Source: Chrysomallon squamiferum (Eukaryota > Animalia > Mollusca). From it: a DNA stretch of 64,000 nucleotides. Below, in pieces: positions 37,560 through 52,200 of this stretch (position 1 is its first letter; every line of letters starts with the position of its first letter). The notes beneath the pieces were generated by a model. It was not told the origin of the DNA and made no database searches. It saw only the letters and a list, made by a program, of their open reading frames with translations. The position numbers and the translations under genes were made by a program. Where the stretch lies: contig CM022679.1 of NCBI GenBank assembly GCA_012295275.1, forward strand, positions 25,978,001-26,042,000, read 5' to 3'.

Positions 37560-37860
37560 TTAAAGGATCATGCAGAAAATGATAAAGGTATCAGATCCAT
37601 GAGATCGGACATTTCAGTTTAGCAATAAAGGATCTTTTATTTAAACCTTCCCGTAGACAGACAGCACATACCGCGACATTTGATTAATAATGTAGTGGAG
37701 GATTGATCCAGAAATCTGCCACGAACCACGCCTGAAAATTATTATTATTATTATTTCTTTTAAATTATTCCGATAGACAGAGCAGCACATACCATAGACT
37801 TTAAATAAATAATAGCCATGAAGCACAGTTTGGAGCGGGATATATTCCAATGATCGCCTT
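37560..37860 (-). mobile_element. Degraded SINE remnant(s), two partial Meta-like cores
   Basis: ttagcaataaaggatcttttatttaaaccttcccgtagacagacagcacataccgcgacatttga and ccgatagacagagcagcacataccatagacttt. Confidence 0.6.
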
Positions 37861-37967
37861 GAAGATATAACATTACGATATTAAAAATAAAAATAGACAG
37901 ACAGACAAACAAACACACAGACAGAGCGAGCCAGATAGACAGATAGATAGATAGTTAGTTATATAAT

Positions 37968-38019
<52 letters not shown>

Positions 38020-38119
38020 TAAATAATTCAAAACAAATCCAGGTATAATTTTCTTAAATTTTTTATTTATTTATTTTTTGTTTAAGTTCTGAATGAAACA
38101 AAAAAGAAAACATTAAAGA

Positions 38120-38552
38120 CAATTCATTCGCGTGCTAAGCTCGTGAGAGCACCCGCGCGAAAAAGCACGTGCTGAAAACTTCACGGCTAACAGAAACATT
38201 TTTTTTTTTTTTTTTTTTTTGCGTCGTATATTGCAGTTGACAACAGTTCAGCTTTTACAATAAAGAAATAATAAAGAAGAATACGAAGAAGAAAAAAAAA
38301 ATAATAATAACGCCAGATACTTCACAATTATTCTGATTATCGGAGCTGAGTAGATATCAGCACAATAATTATGACAATACGCAACGAAAGATTGAGTGAG
38401 CAAACACGCATCTACACACAACGCAAGACACTCAAATCACAGATACACTTCTGTTGTTTTTTAAATAAGCAATTGACAAAGCCGTGACAGAAAACTGAAG
38501 ATCTCGGGGCAAACTGGCGAAGAAGTTCAAATCAATTTCGACAACAAAAAAG
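38120..38552 (+). promoter_or_regulatory. Putative promoter and non-coding first exon
   Basis: E2F-like CGCGCGAAAA 38154-38163, palindromic AGCACGTGCT 38164-38173, CpG-rich leader, consensus donor AAG|GTAAGT at 38552/38553. Confidence 0.5.
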
Positions 38553-41186
38553 GTAAGTTGATGTCAATCCCGAACATGCCAATACAGCCTAAGTTGAATG
38601 CAAAGTTTGAGTGCCTTGTTGTGTTTCCGGTTTATCGCTATACTCTTTGGATGGGCTATTCGCTCCGGTTGACTGCGGATACTCGTCCGCTCAGCGAAGC
38701 ATGCCGTTGTTAAAAGACGTCGTCATGGTTGGGTGGCCAGCTGATTGGCAGGAGGATGAAGGAAGGCAGATATTAAATGGGCTTCATTGTTTTGACTTTA
38801 TAATTTTGATATCCTCTTCATTTTTTCAGCTCGCTGTAAGATTGTCTTGTTTCTGAGTCAAGATGCGTGTAAAAAGAAATCAGGTTCCTTGTAGCTTTTA
38901 GTCTGTACATAACCTTCTAGTGCTTTGGAGCTATGTGATTTGAAGACTCTCAGTGTTAGTACATAAGATTTATTGATACGGTTATGTTGTGGAGTATAAA
39001 GATCTGTCCATAATGGCCTGCAGACGGTCGTGAATTTTCAGTTTCGTTCGCGAGTTCGATGACAAGAATTGTTATTATTAATTATTTTACTATCATTTTT
39101 TTTTTTTTGTTGTTATTGTCGTTGTAATAAAACTACGGTACAAAAATGCTAGAGGTAACTTTCAGTCTGCTGAAATAATATTTAATTTTTTTTTGCATCG
39201 TTGACATCAACATTTGCTAGTTCGCTTTTCGGTATGTCTGCACTGAGCAGGGAAGGAATAAAGAAAATAAATACGTAAATAGATACACCCACACACCCAC
39301 ACACCCAAATATATATATAGAAACTTTATTATTATTTTTTTTGTAAAGACCGAATTAAACCAAATTAAACTGAAGGTTTGTCTAGTCTTAGGCTACAATG
39401 TTATACGGCAACGAAATCTTTAATATAATTACCTCAATTATCATAAATTTGGTTCCCTCCCAAAAGACAGCCATCCCATAAGGCAGACACGTCATTTGAT
39501 AGACAAAACTCTTTACTCGGTCATGTAATGCATCGTGTACACCCCTGACTGCTTTAGTGAAACTGCTTCAGTCTGTTCAGCAAGCTACCTCTGTGTTACT
39601 CAGTTAGCTAACTGACTGACTTTACCACAGTGTTGTTTTACATTGCACCTATTTAAAGTATTTTCTTATATCTACTGATTTCATACAAGCAACAGCGGTA
39701 CATTTGTTTCTCTGTCTATGATTTAGCCATCCTTTCTGTGTTTATCTATCAGTTTGTCTGTCTTCTTTTCAGTAAATAACTAAATAAATAAATACCTATA
39801 TATTTCAGATGACTATAATACATGTTAAAATGACATGAAAATTACGTTATTTAATGACACATTTCTGCTTACATATGTGATTAATTTTACATGTATTTCA
39901 TAATACAAATTACGTGACTAGCATTTCTCAACACTACGTTTCAGCTGGAACATTTTTGAGAAATATATGACATTCTCACATACTCATGAGAAAAACGAAT
40001 TAAACGAAATGATATGATTTCCTTGTTATTCAAAACAACAAGAACAACAAAACCCTCAACAACAAAAGTAAAAACACCCTGTAAACCTCTCAGAGAGAGA
40101 GAGAGAGAAAAGAGAAGAAAACAACCGAATCTTTATAACTTTAAATCTTTAAATCTATTTTCATGTATTAACCACCATAATACACGTACGTGCATTTTTA
40201 ATTTAAGAATTAACAATATATTCTATATATTTTGTACTTTTCCTTTTTGATACCTAAAATTACGTTTTAGAATAGTTTTTTTTTCTTACACACTTATTCT
40301 ATATGTTAAATAGTATTTAAAATTCACCGCTACCTCTTCATCATTTGTGAAGATCTTCACAAGCTCTATCATTTAAGCTAGATTAATTCTTTTATCATGT
40401 ACATTTTCATACATTAAAGTATCTTACTCCTTTGACCTACTTGTCTAGAGTTTATACATCTACTTAAATTAGCCATCACCTTCAATTAATTTTCACCCCT
40501 TTCACAAGCACAAAGAATGTTCTGTTTAATATCGTATACAAGTACAACTGTGTGTGTGTGTGTTGTATGTGTGTGTATGTGTATATTATTAGATATATAT
40601 ATATATATATATAAGATTCAGTGAAAACTGTAACTGAATAGACGTCTCTGTCACGTGTTGTGTGCCCATGACATATTTGCCTGAACCATGAATGAACATA
40701 AAATTATTATTTCAAACGGTTAATTTACCAAGTAGCATAATTATTCTTATATCTGAATTCCCTATTTATATTTTTTAATTTTTTTTTTTTTTTTAATACT
40801 TGGGAAACCTGAACAACTGGTATTATTTGACTCCCCCCCACCCCTTGTAAAAACGTAGGGCATATGCACGCCTATATATCTACTATTCAAGATGGCTGAT
40901 TATTTGTAAAAAAAAATATTTTTAAAGCTTTTCATTGATACAGTGTTTTTGTTATCACCGATAATGCCTGGCTTACTTGTGGCGGATGATTCATTAAAAT
41001 GATGGGCACCCCATCGCTTTACGCAGCCCAACGCGATGACTGCGAAAGTTTCCACTTTACAATTTATAATGTGAAATAAATTGGATCTTTCTGTCTCCGT
41101 GCTTTTCTCCGGTTTGTTTGTCTGTTCGTCTGTCGCGATCTTCCTTCTCATTACGCAGATTATATAGTTCTCTTTATGTAACCATT

Positions 41187-41332
<146 letters not shown>

Positions 41333-41680
41333 CTAGTTTATCTTTGTCTTTTGTTACTTTTCTTCAATTTTGACTGCTTGAAACTTTCAGAAAGACATCG
41401 TTTATTGTCAGCTGTAACAAGACTTAACTGACTAACACCAATTGTACAATTAGGTTAATTAACGACCCGCATCATGAACTTGAAACAGTAGCAGGTCTAC
41501 CCCCAAAGGTTTTGTTGTATTTGAATGTGATTTCAGTTTACATCGTGTCTGTTTTGTTCGTATATGTGATTCACTCGTTTGTGTGTGTGTGTGTGTGTTT
41601 GTGTGTGTGTGTTTGTTTGTGTGTGTATGTGTGTTTGTGTAGACTATATTATTCCAAATGTTTGTATATATATGTGTATA

Positions 41681-41746
<66 letters not shown>

Positions 41747-42239
41747 CACATATAGATAGGTATATGTATGTAATGTGTGTATGTGTATGTATATATATAT
41801 TTATATATACATATAGATAGGTATATGTATGTAATGTGTGTATTTTTAGAAAAAATAAAGATAAAATAAAAAAAACCAAAAAAAACACATAATCCAATGG
41901 ATTATTTTATATCAGTACAAGACTTTTCTTTCATTTTTTTTAGCGTTTTCCAGTCGGTTAAGATACATGTACACATTTCACCAAAATCAGTTCATTAAAC
42001 AGCATCAAAACATTTTGTATCACACGCTTAGAGATATCGACAAAATAAAAGAGAAAATGTTTAACTCAGCACAGAAGACATGCTGCTCAAACAGCATTGT
42101 AAACATTATATTAACGTTTCTGCAAGCTTTCCTTAATCTTACTAAAACCACACGTTTAGTCACAGTGCTGCTATGGGGAAAAAATAAAACAAATAAGCCA
42201 GGACTGCACTATATTCGATTTTAAATCTCGTTTTTCTTT

Positions 42240-42272
<33 letters not shown>

Positions 42273-42301
42273 ATTTTTTTTGCTTCTTCTTTCCTTTACA
42301 G

Positions 42302-42820
42302 CACCGAGCAGGTCTATTCACACGTACTTCCTGTCGTTAAAATAACTTCATATTGATCAACGTGTTTTAATACGGCCGAGATTAAAGCGGAATAAAACAG
42401 CCTCGGTTCAGTCGATCATCTTCAGTATCTGAGCGGATACGTCCCGCCCGCCGCGCGAGACAAAGCGCAGCAGACGTGAATAGCAGACGACCGAGCCTTC
42501 AAGAGGCAGTCGACCTGCCGCTGGGAGCTCGGACTTAGCGCACAACGACGTCGTCGGCAGCATTGACAACAACTTGTAATTACCGCCCTTGTTTTTCAGC
42601 AGTCAGTCGAGCTATTTGCCATTCATCGCGGAGGACAGTGCTTGCTTTTGTGCGGGGCGATGTCAGAGCTGTACGAAGTAAACTCCGCGCTTGTTGTCGC
42701 CTTCAGCCCGCGACAATGGCGCTTTCTAGTCGAACAGAGATGTCAATATTTTGTTAATGACCAAAGACGAGTTTGTTGGCGACAAATCGTAGGACAACAG
42801 ATGGAAGTCCGCGAAGAGTT
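42302..42820. other. CpG-rich non-coding island (enhancer or non-coding exon candidate)
   Basis: Marked GC/CpG enrichment; strong acceptor ...cttctttcctttacag| at 42301; all three + frames close within ~60 nt. Confidence 0.45.
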
Positions 42821-42839
42821 TTTATTATATTATATTATA

Positions 42840-42872
<33 letters not shown>

Positions 42873-44662
42873 CTTTCTTGTTCACGTCGTTTTTCTCTAT
42901 GACAACTACACGTAAAATATCCAGTGAATTAATTATTCTGGATCGGCCCCAATGAACAATGATAATCAAATATTCTTGTGTGTTCCCGATCTAAACGCTG
43001 CCTCGTAAACTATTGATTTTTGTTTTCCCCACAAACGACTTGGAGTCTTTGCTTCGGCTTTTTCTCCGCGGCTGCTAATAAGTGACAGCATTTATCTCAG
43101 TTATCTTAATCTCTATAATTAAGTCAATAAATATATCACTTGATGAACACAGGAACAAGTGTGCTGACAGAAATTAATTAAGCGTTGAGCAAACAGATGA
43201 AATTATCACTGAGCAGAAGCTGTTAGGCTGCAGTGACAATTTTGATAAGCCACTATTCATAATTGATTAGTATTTTTTTTTTTTTTTTTTTGCTACAGAT
43301 AAATGTAAATAATAAATATTTCATACAGTGATTTCGCATCAGAGCGCGAACTGGGCTATTTTCCCGTTCCGGTCAGTGGCTCATGACTAGTTAATCAAAA
43401 GTCATTGTTTCAGTTTTTCTGCCTGATGGTCTATATATATATATAAAATAAACCGTCTGGCTTTTGGATATATTATATTCCACTTCACTAAGTTAAATAA
43501 TAAAAATATAGCTTAATAATAATAAAAATTTACTTTTGTTATTTATTTATTTACTTACTTACTTGTTTGTTCGTTTGTTTGCTTATTTATTTATTTATTT
43601 ACTTAGTTATTTGTTTGTTTGTTTGTTTATTTATTAAATTATTGGTCTAAATACAGTATATTTTGTCATTATTCGTATCTCAAGTTGTTTTTCGACGAAG
43701 ATAAGACGATATTTTTTTCATGCTTCTTTGGTCACTGATGTAATATCAAAATTAAGTAGACGTGTTCGTGATCCACTTCAGTTTCACCGACTTCATCTAG
43801 AACATTTCATTAAGGAGACAAAAGGGAATAATTGTGTTTTAGACTCACTGGAAGATCTGCGTAGTTGGGCGCGTGCATTGACAACGCAAAGGGATTATTA
43901 GAGATCACTTCAGATGTCAAACTGGATCAAGTGCGCAGTTTGAAATGTCTGATTGATCGAAATCAACCAGTTGTATATTTGTGTGTTCTGATTGTATGTA
44001 CATGTGTGCGTGAGTGTCTGTTCATGAGTTTTTTTTGTGTACATGTTTGTATTTGTGTGTATATATGTATGTACTTTTGTGTCTGTGACTGTGTGTGTCT
44101 AAGTATATTTTTGTCTTCATTCGTGTTTGTTTTGTATGTGTGTATATAAATACATTATTTCTATATAGGTGTATGTGTGTGTGTGTCGATATATATGCAT
44201 ATCTGTTAATGTGTATAAATCTATGTATTTATATGTATGTAGATGCGTGTTTTTGTGTGAGCCTTAATGTGATTGTTAGATTAACTTGCTTATTTGTGTA
44301 GATATGTCTGTATTCGTATAGCTTGACTGTGTTTTGTGTGTAAACACTGAAACACAGTCACACATACACACGTACATACATATATGAATACATACATACA
44401 TACATATATATATATACACACGTGTGTATATGTGTGTATACAGATATTGCATACATACATACATACATATATATATAAATCATTTTTCATATACACACAT
44501 ATATAAAAAAGACAAACGCACATACAATGTATATAATGTATACATAAAAATATATATATAAACACACATACACTATGATATTGCATACATACATATATAA
44601 AATCATTTTTGTCTGTATGCACAAACACATATATACATACATATATATATATTGTATATATT

Positions 44663-44712
<50 letters not shown>

Positions 44713-44765
44713 CACACATATATACACACACACACACACATATATATATACACACACACACACAC

Positions 44766-44855
<90 letters not shown>

Positions 44856-44856
<1 letters not shown>

Positions 44857-45659
44857 GAAGTCAGGTTTTATCAGAAAGTCGATTATCGCACTTTTTGTCG
44901 TGGATCACATTGTGTTTGCTATGACGAGTGAGTTCTAAACTGATCTAAATAGATCGCTTATCCTTCTGCGTCTTTCCTTTTTCCCCCAACCTCTCAGTCG
45001 TTTAGTAGATGAGTGAGAACGTGTGTCCCAACTGCACCCTCTCCACACCTTTCTGGATGTTCACAGTTTTTGAATTTTAACGTTTCTTTGACTGATTTCT
45101 GATTTATGGAAGTCTTCGAATTTAGACAGTTTTTTACAAAATTTCTATTTCTGAAGCAATACAAAGATGAATTTTCTTGAATAGTTCAAGTCTCGGTTTC
45201 TCTCCTTAGTAACAATTTGTTAATCGTTGATATCACGAAAATGTGGTTCAGAATTTCAATTTGGTGATACACATCTTTGCACCTCGACGTCTGGAATTCA
45301 AAAGACCGTTTCGGCCGTTGCGACTGGTTGTTATGTATATATATGACGTCATACCATTGATTACAGTTACTTCCGTTTCCTCGTTTCTGTTACATCATTA
45401 GTTTATATAAATTTTGTATATGTTAATTTAGGATTGCTGTTATGATGTTTTTAGTGAGATGAATTCTTGTAGGTTTTATAACTATATGCGATTATAATAT
45501 ATTTATAAATTGAAGATTACACATAACATTCTTATTAAACCATAGACAGGCTACTAAATTTTACGAACGCAGTTATAAATGAAACTAGTATTTAGGGACC
45601 CTTCGTCCACAAATTGTTTTTATTTATTTAGTTATTTATTTATTTACTTACTTATTTAT

Positions 45660-45743
<84 letters not shown>

Positions 45744-46024
45744 CTATTATTGTTACTATTATTACCGTTATACTATTACTACCACTGCTGCTGCTGCTGC
45801 TATTACTACTACTATTGCTATTGCTGCTGCTGCTTCTACTATTATTATCACCGTTATTATTGCTACTACTACTTCCACTACTACTACTATTGTTGTTGTT
45901 ATTATTATTCCAGACTAAAATGTTCACACTTTTTTTAGTTTTAGAGAGAGAGAGAGAGAGAGATATGGACTGAAGTCAGGTTTTGTCAGAAAGTCAATTA
46001 TCACGCTTTTTGTCGTGGATCACA
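44856..46024 (+). repeat. Pair of ~54-bp direct repeats (44856-44909, 45971-46024), each preceded by (GA)n
   Basis: tgaagtcaggttttRtcagaaagtcRattatcRcRctttttgtcgtggatcaca twice. Confidence 0.9.
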
Positions 46025-47663
46025 ATTTTCAAAAATAAAAATAGAAAAGTTCACACTGTTAAAATTTACTGATGAAAACAAGGAGAGAAATAAATGCAGA
46101 GAGATGCAGAAAATTAAAGAGTTTGAGAGAGACTGTAGATGAATTTTGTTTTTGTTTATGTAAATATTTGTCTGTTGTTTTTTTTTTTCTTGTTTTTCTT
46201 TTCTCTTATTTTTTTTTTTTTATTATTATTATTTTTTTTTTTTTTTTTTTATTTACAACGTATATTGTTTAGTTTCACGAAGAAAAAAATAACTGGTATC
46301 CTATGTAACAATGGACCGAGTTACAGTCGTGGGGCGTAGCACAGAGACGGTCCTTTTGGATTCTTTGCGGTCACAGCGTGTTAACAAATGGGAATCCGAG
46401 AAATAATGGTTTTGTGGTTTTTCTAACCACTTCAGCGATTAGAGAAGTATTTCGATGACAAAACTAAAGTGATTAATAACCATTCGGAGACTTCTTGGGT
46501 TTTCTTCTTAAAAATCAGAGTGGCGTTATTTTTCTGAATCACGGAGACCGGCCCAGTTGTCATGAAAATATCGGCCAGCCACAAAACATGTTGAGACGTC
46601 TTGAGGATCGTTGAAAATTAAAAGAGTAATAGTCACGTGATTTCGTCTTACTTTCGACTGATTTATTTTTTTTAAATTTTATATATATTTGGTTTGATTA
46701 ATTTCTTCGTTTTTCTTATTCTCTTTTATTTTCCTCCTTTTTTTCTTGTGTGTCTTCTTTTTATTTAATTTCTTTTATTATTCTTTCTTTCCTGAAGTCT
46801 TTCTTTCCTTCTTTTACTACTACTATTTCTACTACAAGTACTACTACTGTTGTTACTGTGATTGTTGTTGCTGCTGCTATTTTTTCTGCTAGTACAAATA
46901 GTGGCAGCTGTAGAATAGTGGTAGTAGTCGTCGTAGTGGTAACAGTAATAACAGTAGTAGTATTAACAGTAATAGTAGTAGTAGCGGGACTGGTGGTAAC
47001 AATAACTGTAACTGATAGATGTAGTAGTAATTGTAGTAGAAGTAATAGTAATAGTGACAATAACAGTAGTACAGTCTAATACAACAATCTATTACTGCTA
47101 ACGTTTACAAAAAAAGAAATGACTGTATTTTCCTCTATTTATATAATTCACTCTGCATTACCCTTGTATTTGATTAAACTGTCGTTGAAAAGAGCCACGT
47201 TTGCACGTCAAAAGTTTTTATTGTGATTTCCTCCTTTTCTTGAGCGCACCCATCACCGTTCACCGCATCTTGCTGCTGCACATCTGCACAAACACAAAGC
47301 TGAATCTATCACAATAATGCTCGGATACAATTCATATTTTATTTCTACCAAGCTTTGCTATTTTTGTATCACTGGTTTCAAACCAGAGTAAAACAATTTT
47401 TCTGAAAAAAAATAAAAATAAAAATAAAAATAAAAAATAAAAAAAGAAGAAGAAAAAAAAGGAAAGAAAAGAAAAGAAAAAACTATTTTCCATACGTCAA
47501 GCGTAAAGTAATAATGGAGTTACGGTGTTTTAGATCGCTTTCACGAGTTGGGTGATTTGCGAAGCAGTTAACCTCAGTGAAACCTCGGTGATCAAAAAGG
47601 TCAAAATGTTTTCAAAGATTAAGTCATTTAGTCAGGTTTATGATCCCTTTAACCTTGAGGGAG

Positions 47664-47699
<36 letters not shown>

Positions 47700-47756
47700 A
47701 AAGTATAAAATAAAATAAAAAGAATAAAAGAACGAAAAAAGAAAGAAAAAAGAGCG

Positions 47757-47969
47757 AAGGAAGAGAAATGTTTTATTTAACATACGCTCAACACATTTTT
47801 AATCTGCTTGTAATTTAGAATCAATAGAGAGAGGAAACAGTTGCTATCACACGATTGGCTATTCCTTCCTTATAATTATTAGCAGTAAGGTATATTTTAT
47901 GAGTACCTTCTCACATACAGCGAAGCAAATACAGCCTTTGATAAAACAATCACGAAAATAGTTTTGACA

Positions 47970-47972
<3 letters not shown>
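47757..47972 (-). mobile_element. Degraded SINE (3' tail plus Meta-like core)
   Basis: gaaatgttttatttaac..cgctcaacacatttt...gagagaggaaac...ttagcagtaaggtatattttatgagtaccttctcacatacag...cagcctttgata, resembling a recalled gastropod SINE consensus; similar to 37620-37690. Confidence 0.65.
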
Positions 47973-48013
<41 letters not shown>

Positions 48014-48239
48014 AGAAAGATACTGATAAATTCATAATAGAAAAACGATGTCAGAAACATTTGTATTATTCTTACCAAACAGATATTTATTATTTTTCAA
48101 GACTGGGAAGAAGTGAAAATCTAACTGATTTTAAAATTTGATGAATATGGTCGATGTTGAGTAATTTCTAAAAGAGGCGTCTGCTTTTTATCATGTCGAT
48201 AACAGACGTATGTAAATAATGAGAAAATATACTGAGACG

Positions 48240-48447
48240 TGTATGTATATATGTATGTATGTATGTATGTATGTACGTATGTATGTATGTATGTATGTAT
48301 GCATGTATGTATGTATGTATGTATGTATGTATGTATGTATGTATGTATGTATAGGTATGCATGCATGCATACATGTATGAATATATGTATGTATGTATGC
48401 ATGCATGCCTGCATGTATATATGTGTATTTGTGTGTGTATGTATGTA

Positions 48448-48488
<41 letters not shown>

Positions 48489-48640
48489 GTATTTAATATA
48501 TGAATGGATCTGTCTTTGCATGTGTATATTATGTATATATTAGCATATAAGTAACGTAGGTATAACGTAGGTATATTTGTATTTATATATGCATATGTAT
48601 ATATTATATACATGCATGTATATGTGTTTATATATGTATA
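48240..48640. repeat. (TATG)n/(TA)n/(TG)n compound microsatellite
   Basis: Direct reading. Confidence 0.92.
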
Positions 48641-49117
48641 AATGTAAGTCTGTACTGTTGATGCATGTAGACAGGCAGGTATAACATTCTTTTTCTTAAC
48701 TGTCACATAAAACTCTTAGCTGTTATTAGCAGCAATAGTACCAGTCTCAATAAGTGAACAAACTGCATATTTAAAAAAATATAAAACGGAATGAAATGAG
48801 GCTCAAATTACACAGTTATTTTGAAAGACATTTATCACCAGGAAGATAAAACGAGGACAATAAAAAAAAGACACAGCTGACTCTCTACATAAAAATATTG
48901 CTAAGTGACTAGAAGTATTCCAACTATTTACACATTCGCAAAGACCTAACAGTGTATTCTCTACTTCACCCCGCTGAATAGAGTTTACAGTGAGTGCAAA
49001 TTTTGAATTGTTTTTACTATATATATAAAAATGTGTGTGTGTGTAAATATAAATATAGTATATGTTTGTGTATAGAAACACATATGCAAAGAAATGCATT
49101 GTTTACGTATATATATA

Positions 49118-49148
<31 letters not shown>

Positions 49149-49198
49149 ACACATACATACATACACACACACACACACACTCACACACACATACACAA

Positions 49199-49237
<39 letters not shown>

Positions 49238-52200
49238 CACACACATATATATTTATATATAGTTAAGTCATGAAATCTTTTTAATCAGTAGTGACTCAGA
49301 CACCGTGGCTTACAGAAACCAGTCATGGGTAACATTTTTAATATCCCGGTGGTGGTTCCACGGAGATTTGATCTCGCAACCTGTCACTCTTCAAACCACA
49401 CGCTCTTTTAAACCAAACCACTCCTTCAAGATGTTGACGATAGTGCGATATATTGAAGACCATTGTGTGACAAAAATAACCGCCTCTCTCATAATTCCAG
49501 TCTAAACCACTGTGAAAAAAAAAAAAAAAAAAAAAAAAAAATGAAGTAACCGGTTGTTTGTTGTGTGTGACAATTAATTGTAAACCTGTTGACAACTTAT
49601 AGCGTGTTTATTACTTCTTTATAGGAAACATTCCTGGCTTTGAATAACAATTGTTTCGTTACAGACAACGTATACGTTTGTGTCGTCCTCTTTTGTTCTC
49701 TTCGTTACGAAGCATTTTTTCTTCTAAAATCTTGTTATTGTCTTCGTTTGATTTAAATACGTGTGTGTGTATGTGTGTGTGTGTGTCTACGGAGGGGGTT
49801 ACTATTATTACACACACACACACACACAGAAACGCGCGCACGCACGCCTACAAGGCAGGGTATTTCAGTAAAAAACGTATAGGTATTTTTGAAATAAACG
49901 TTACTGTATTAATATATTATGTGTACGTTTTTCGTGTAGGCGACGACTGAATGCAAAATTAAGACGATTCTCCACACCTAAGTTAATGAACAGACTGTAA
50001 CAATCACTGAATTTCATGCGAAGTGTATTTATCATTGTCAGAAACATGTTTTGAAGTGGTTTCATATTTTTGGGGGACACATTTTATTCATGTAGGCGAC
50101 ATGTTTTTCGTACTGGGGTATGATTAACTATTCATTCATTCATTCATTCACTCATTCATTCATTCGTATATATACTGTATGTGTGTACGTTTGTATGTAT
50201 GTTTGTATGTATGTATGTATGTATGTATGCATGTCTGTATGTATGAATGTATGTATATGTAATTATATATGTATGTATATATGTGTGTGTGTGTATCTGC
50301 GAGTACGTGTGAATATTTGTGTATGTGTGTATATATATGTATGCACACATAGTAGACTGTACCCGTACACACACACACTCACACACACACAGATATGTAT
50401 TTAATGTATGTGTACATATTTGTTTTATCTTTTACGTTTTTATAGTTTTCGTAACAGGATGTCCTTGTTTCAGTTCTTCCTGGGATTCGACATTAAAACA
50501 AAACGACATAAATAAATAAATAAATAAATAGATAGATAGATAGATAGATAGACTGAAATAAAAATGTTTATAATAGAAAATAATTATAATAAAAAAAAGA
50601 AAAAAGAACAACATTATTAACAATAAAAAACATTCTGCATTATTTAATCATGAATCACACGTGTCATTTGTTTTAAAACACATTTTGAAACAGTCCAGTT
50701 CTTTATTACTTCTTTATTAACTTAAAGCAATAAAGCTTATGCATGTATATAAACAGTGATAATATATACTAAAATAAAAAATAAAAAAAATAATAAAATA
50801 AAAATCATTAATTACAACTACAAAAAATTTGCACCACTGCTTGATATTATTTGCAGACAACTGTATAGAATTCTATCTGGTTTTTTGTTTTTTAAATATT
50901 TTTATTCATTTATTTATTTATTTATTTAGGTTTTATATATGTTATTAAAAAGAAATTTTGTTGGTAAATCTTACTCCTGGCCCATTCCTAGATTTAAATC
51001 TGTGAGGCAACAGAATATTTTTTTTTTTTTTGTCCAACCCTTCTGCAGTTGGGTGACCCGGAAGATTGATTTGTTTGAAACATGAGTAAAACAAATAATT
51101 ATTTACTTTTATTTATTTATTTATTTATTTAGTGTGTATGTATGTAGGTGTGTATTTATTTATCCAGTCAGTAGCATACTCAGTATTATATATTGGTGTT
51201 TTTTTTGCCAGTATGCAAATCTTTATAAACTGCTAGACTTTATACGTGTGCTTGTGTGTGTGCGTGTAGATGAGTATTGACTGGAAAAAATTATGTCCAT
51301 CATCTGTAAAGCGGCATAAAGCTAAACAACAAGAACAATTAGAAATTCGGAACGAATTTTAGATGTTTTTTTGTTTGTTTGTTTGTTGTTGTTTTTTTTT
51401 TGTTTTTTTTTTTTTTTTAACGCTCTTTGGTAATAATAATAATCGTTTTGAATATTTGTAACTTTACAAGCTTTCATTATATTATTCGCGGATGCAAGAA
51501 TTAAACAGATTACCGAATGAAGGCCAAACAAGAAGTTACAAGAAAAAAGTCTACGGTCGTCTTTCCAATTATCTCCTTTCGTGATGCGATCCCACAACGT
51601 CCCAGGCATGGCACTAGAGTTTAATAACCTCGCGTTTCAAGGTCTGTCATCTTCCTTCCTCAGCGTTAAGTAATTATGCTCTGTTTCATGGCTAAGCGTC
51701 GACTATCAACTACTTGTTGCGTTGCCATCAATCAAAACTTTCTTTTCCGCCTCTGCTAATGAATCGGCGAAAGCAAGAAAGTTCACCCAGTGTAAAAAAA
51801 GTTTATTAACTCGCAATTGTTTACGTTGAGCTTCACTGAAAGGGAACGGAATGTGAATGAACGGCACAAACCATACGTACGTACATACATATACATACAT
51901 ATATATATATATTATGACAATCTGTAATAAAATATGGCGCCCGCTTGAGCGTGTAAAGTCTTCATAATCGAGTCTGACTTATTCAAGGTCGAAACAAAAG
52001 AAAATCGAGGACGGCACGGTTTTTGCGTCACGTGATTTATATAATATATTCCTTTCGACTGTTACACGGTTGGCGACGCGGTGCGATTTACGACACGCAT
52101 GTGTCACAGAAGTATGCCAAAATGTTTGTCAGTTTTAATGGGAAAAGGTCTAAGGTCCGAGCAGACGAAGGTGCAAACTGCCACCTGACTTGCAGTGAAA

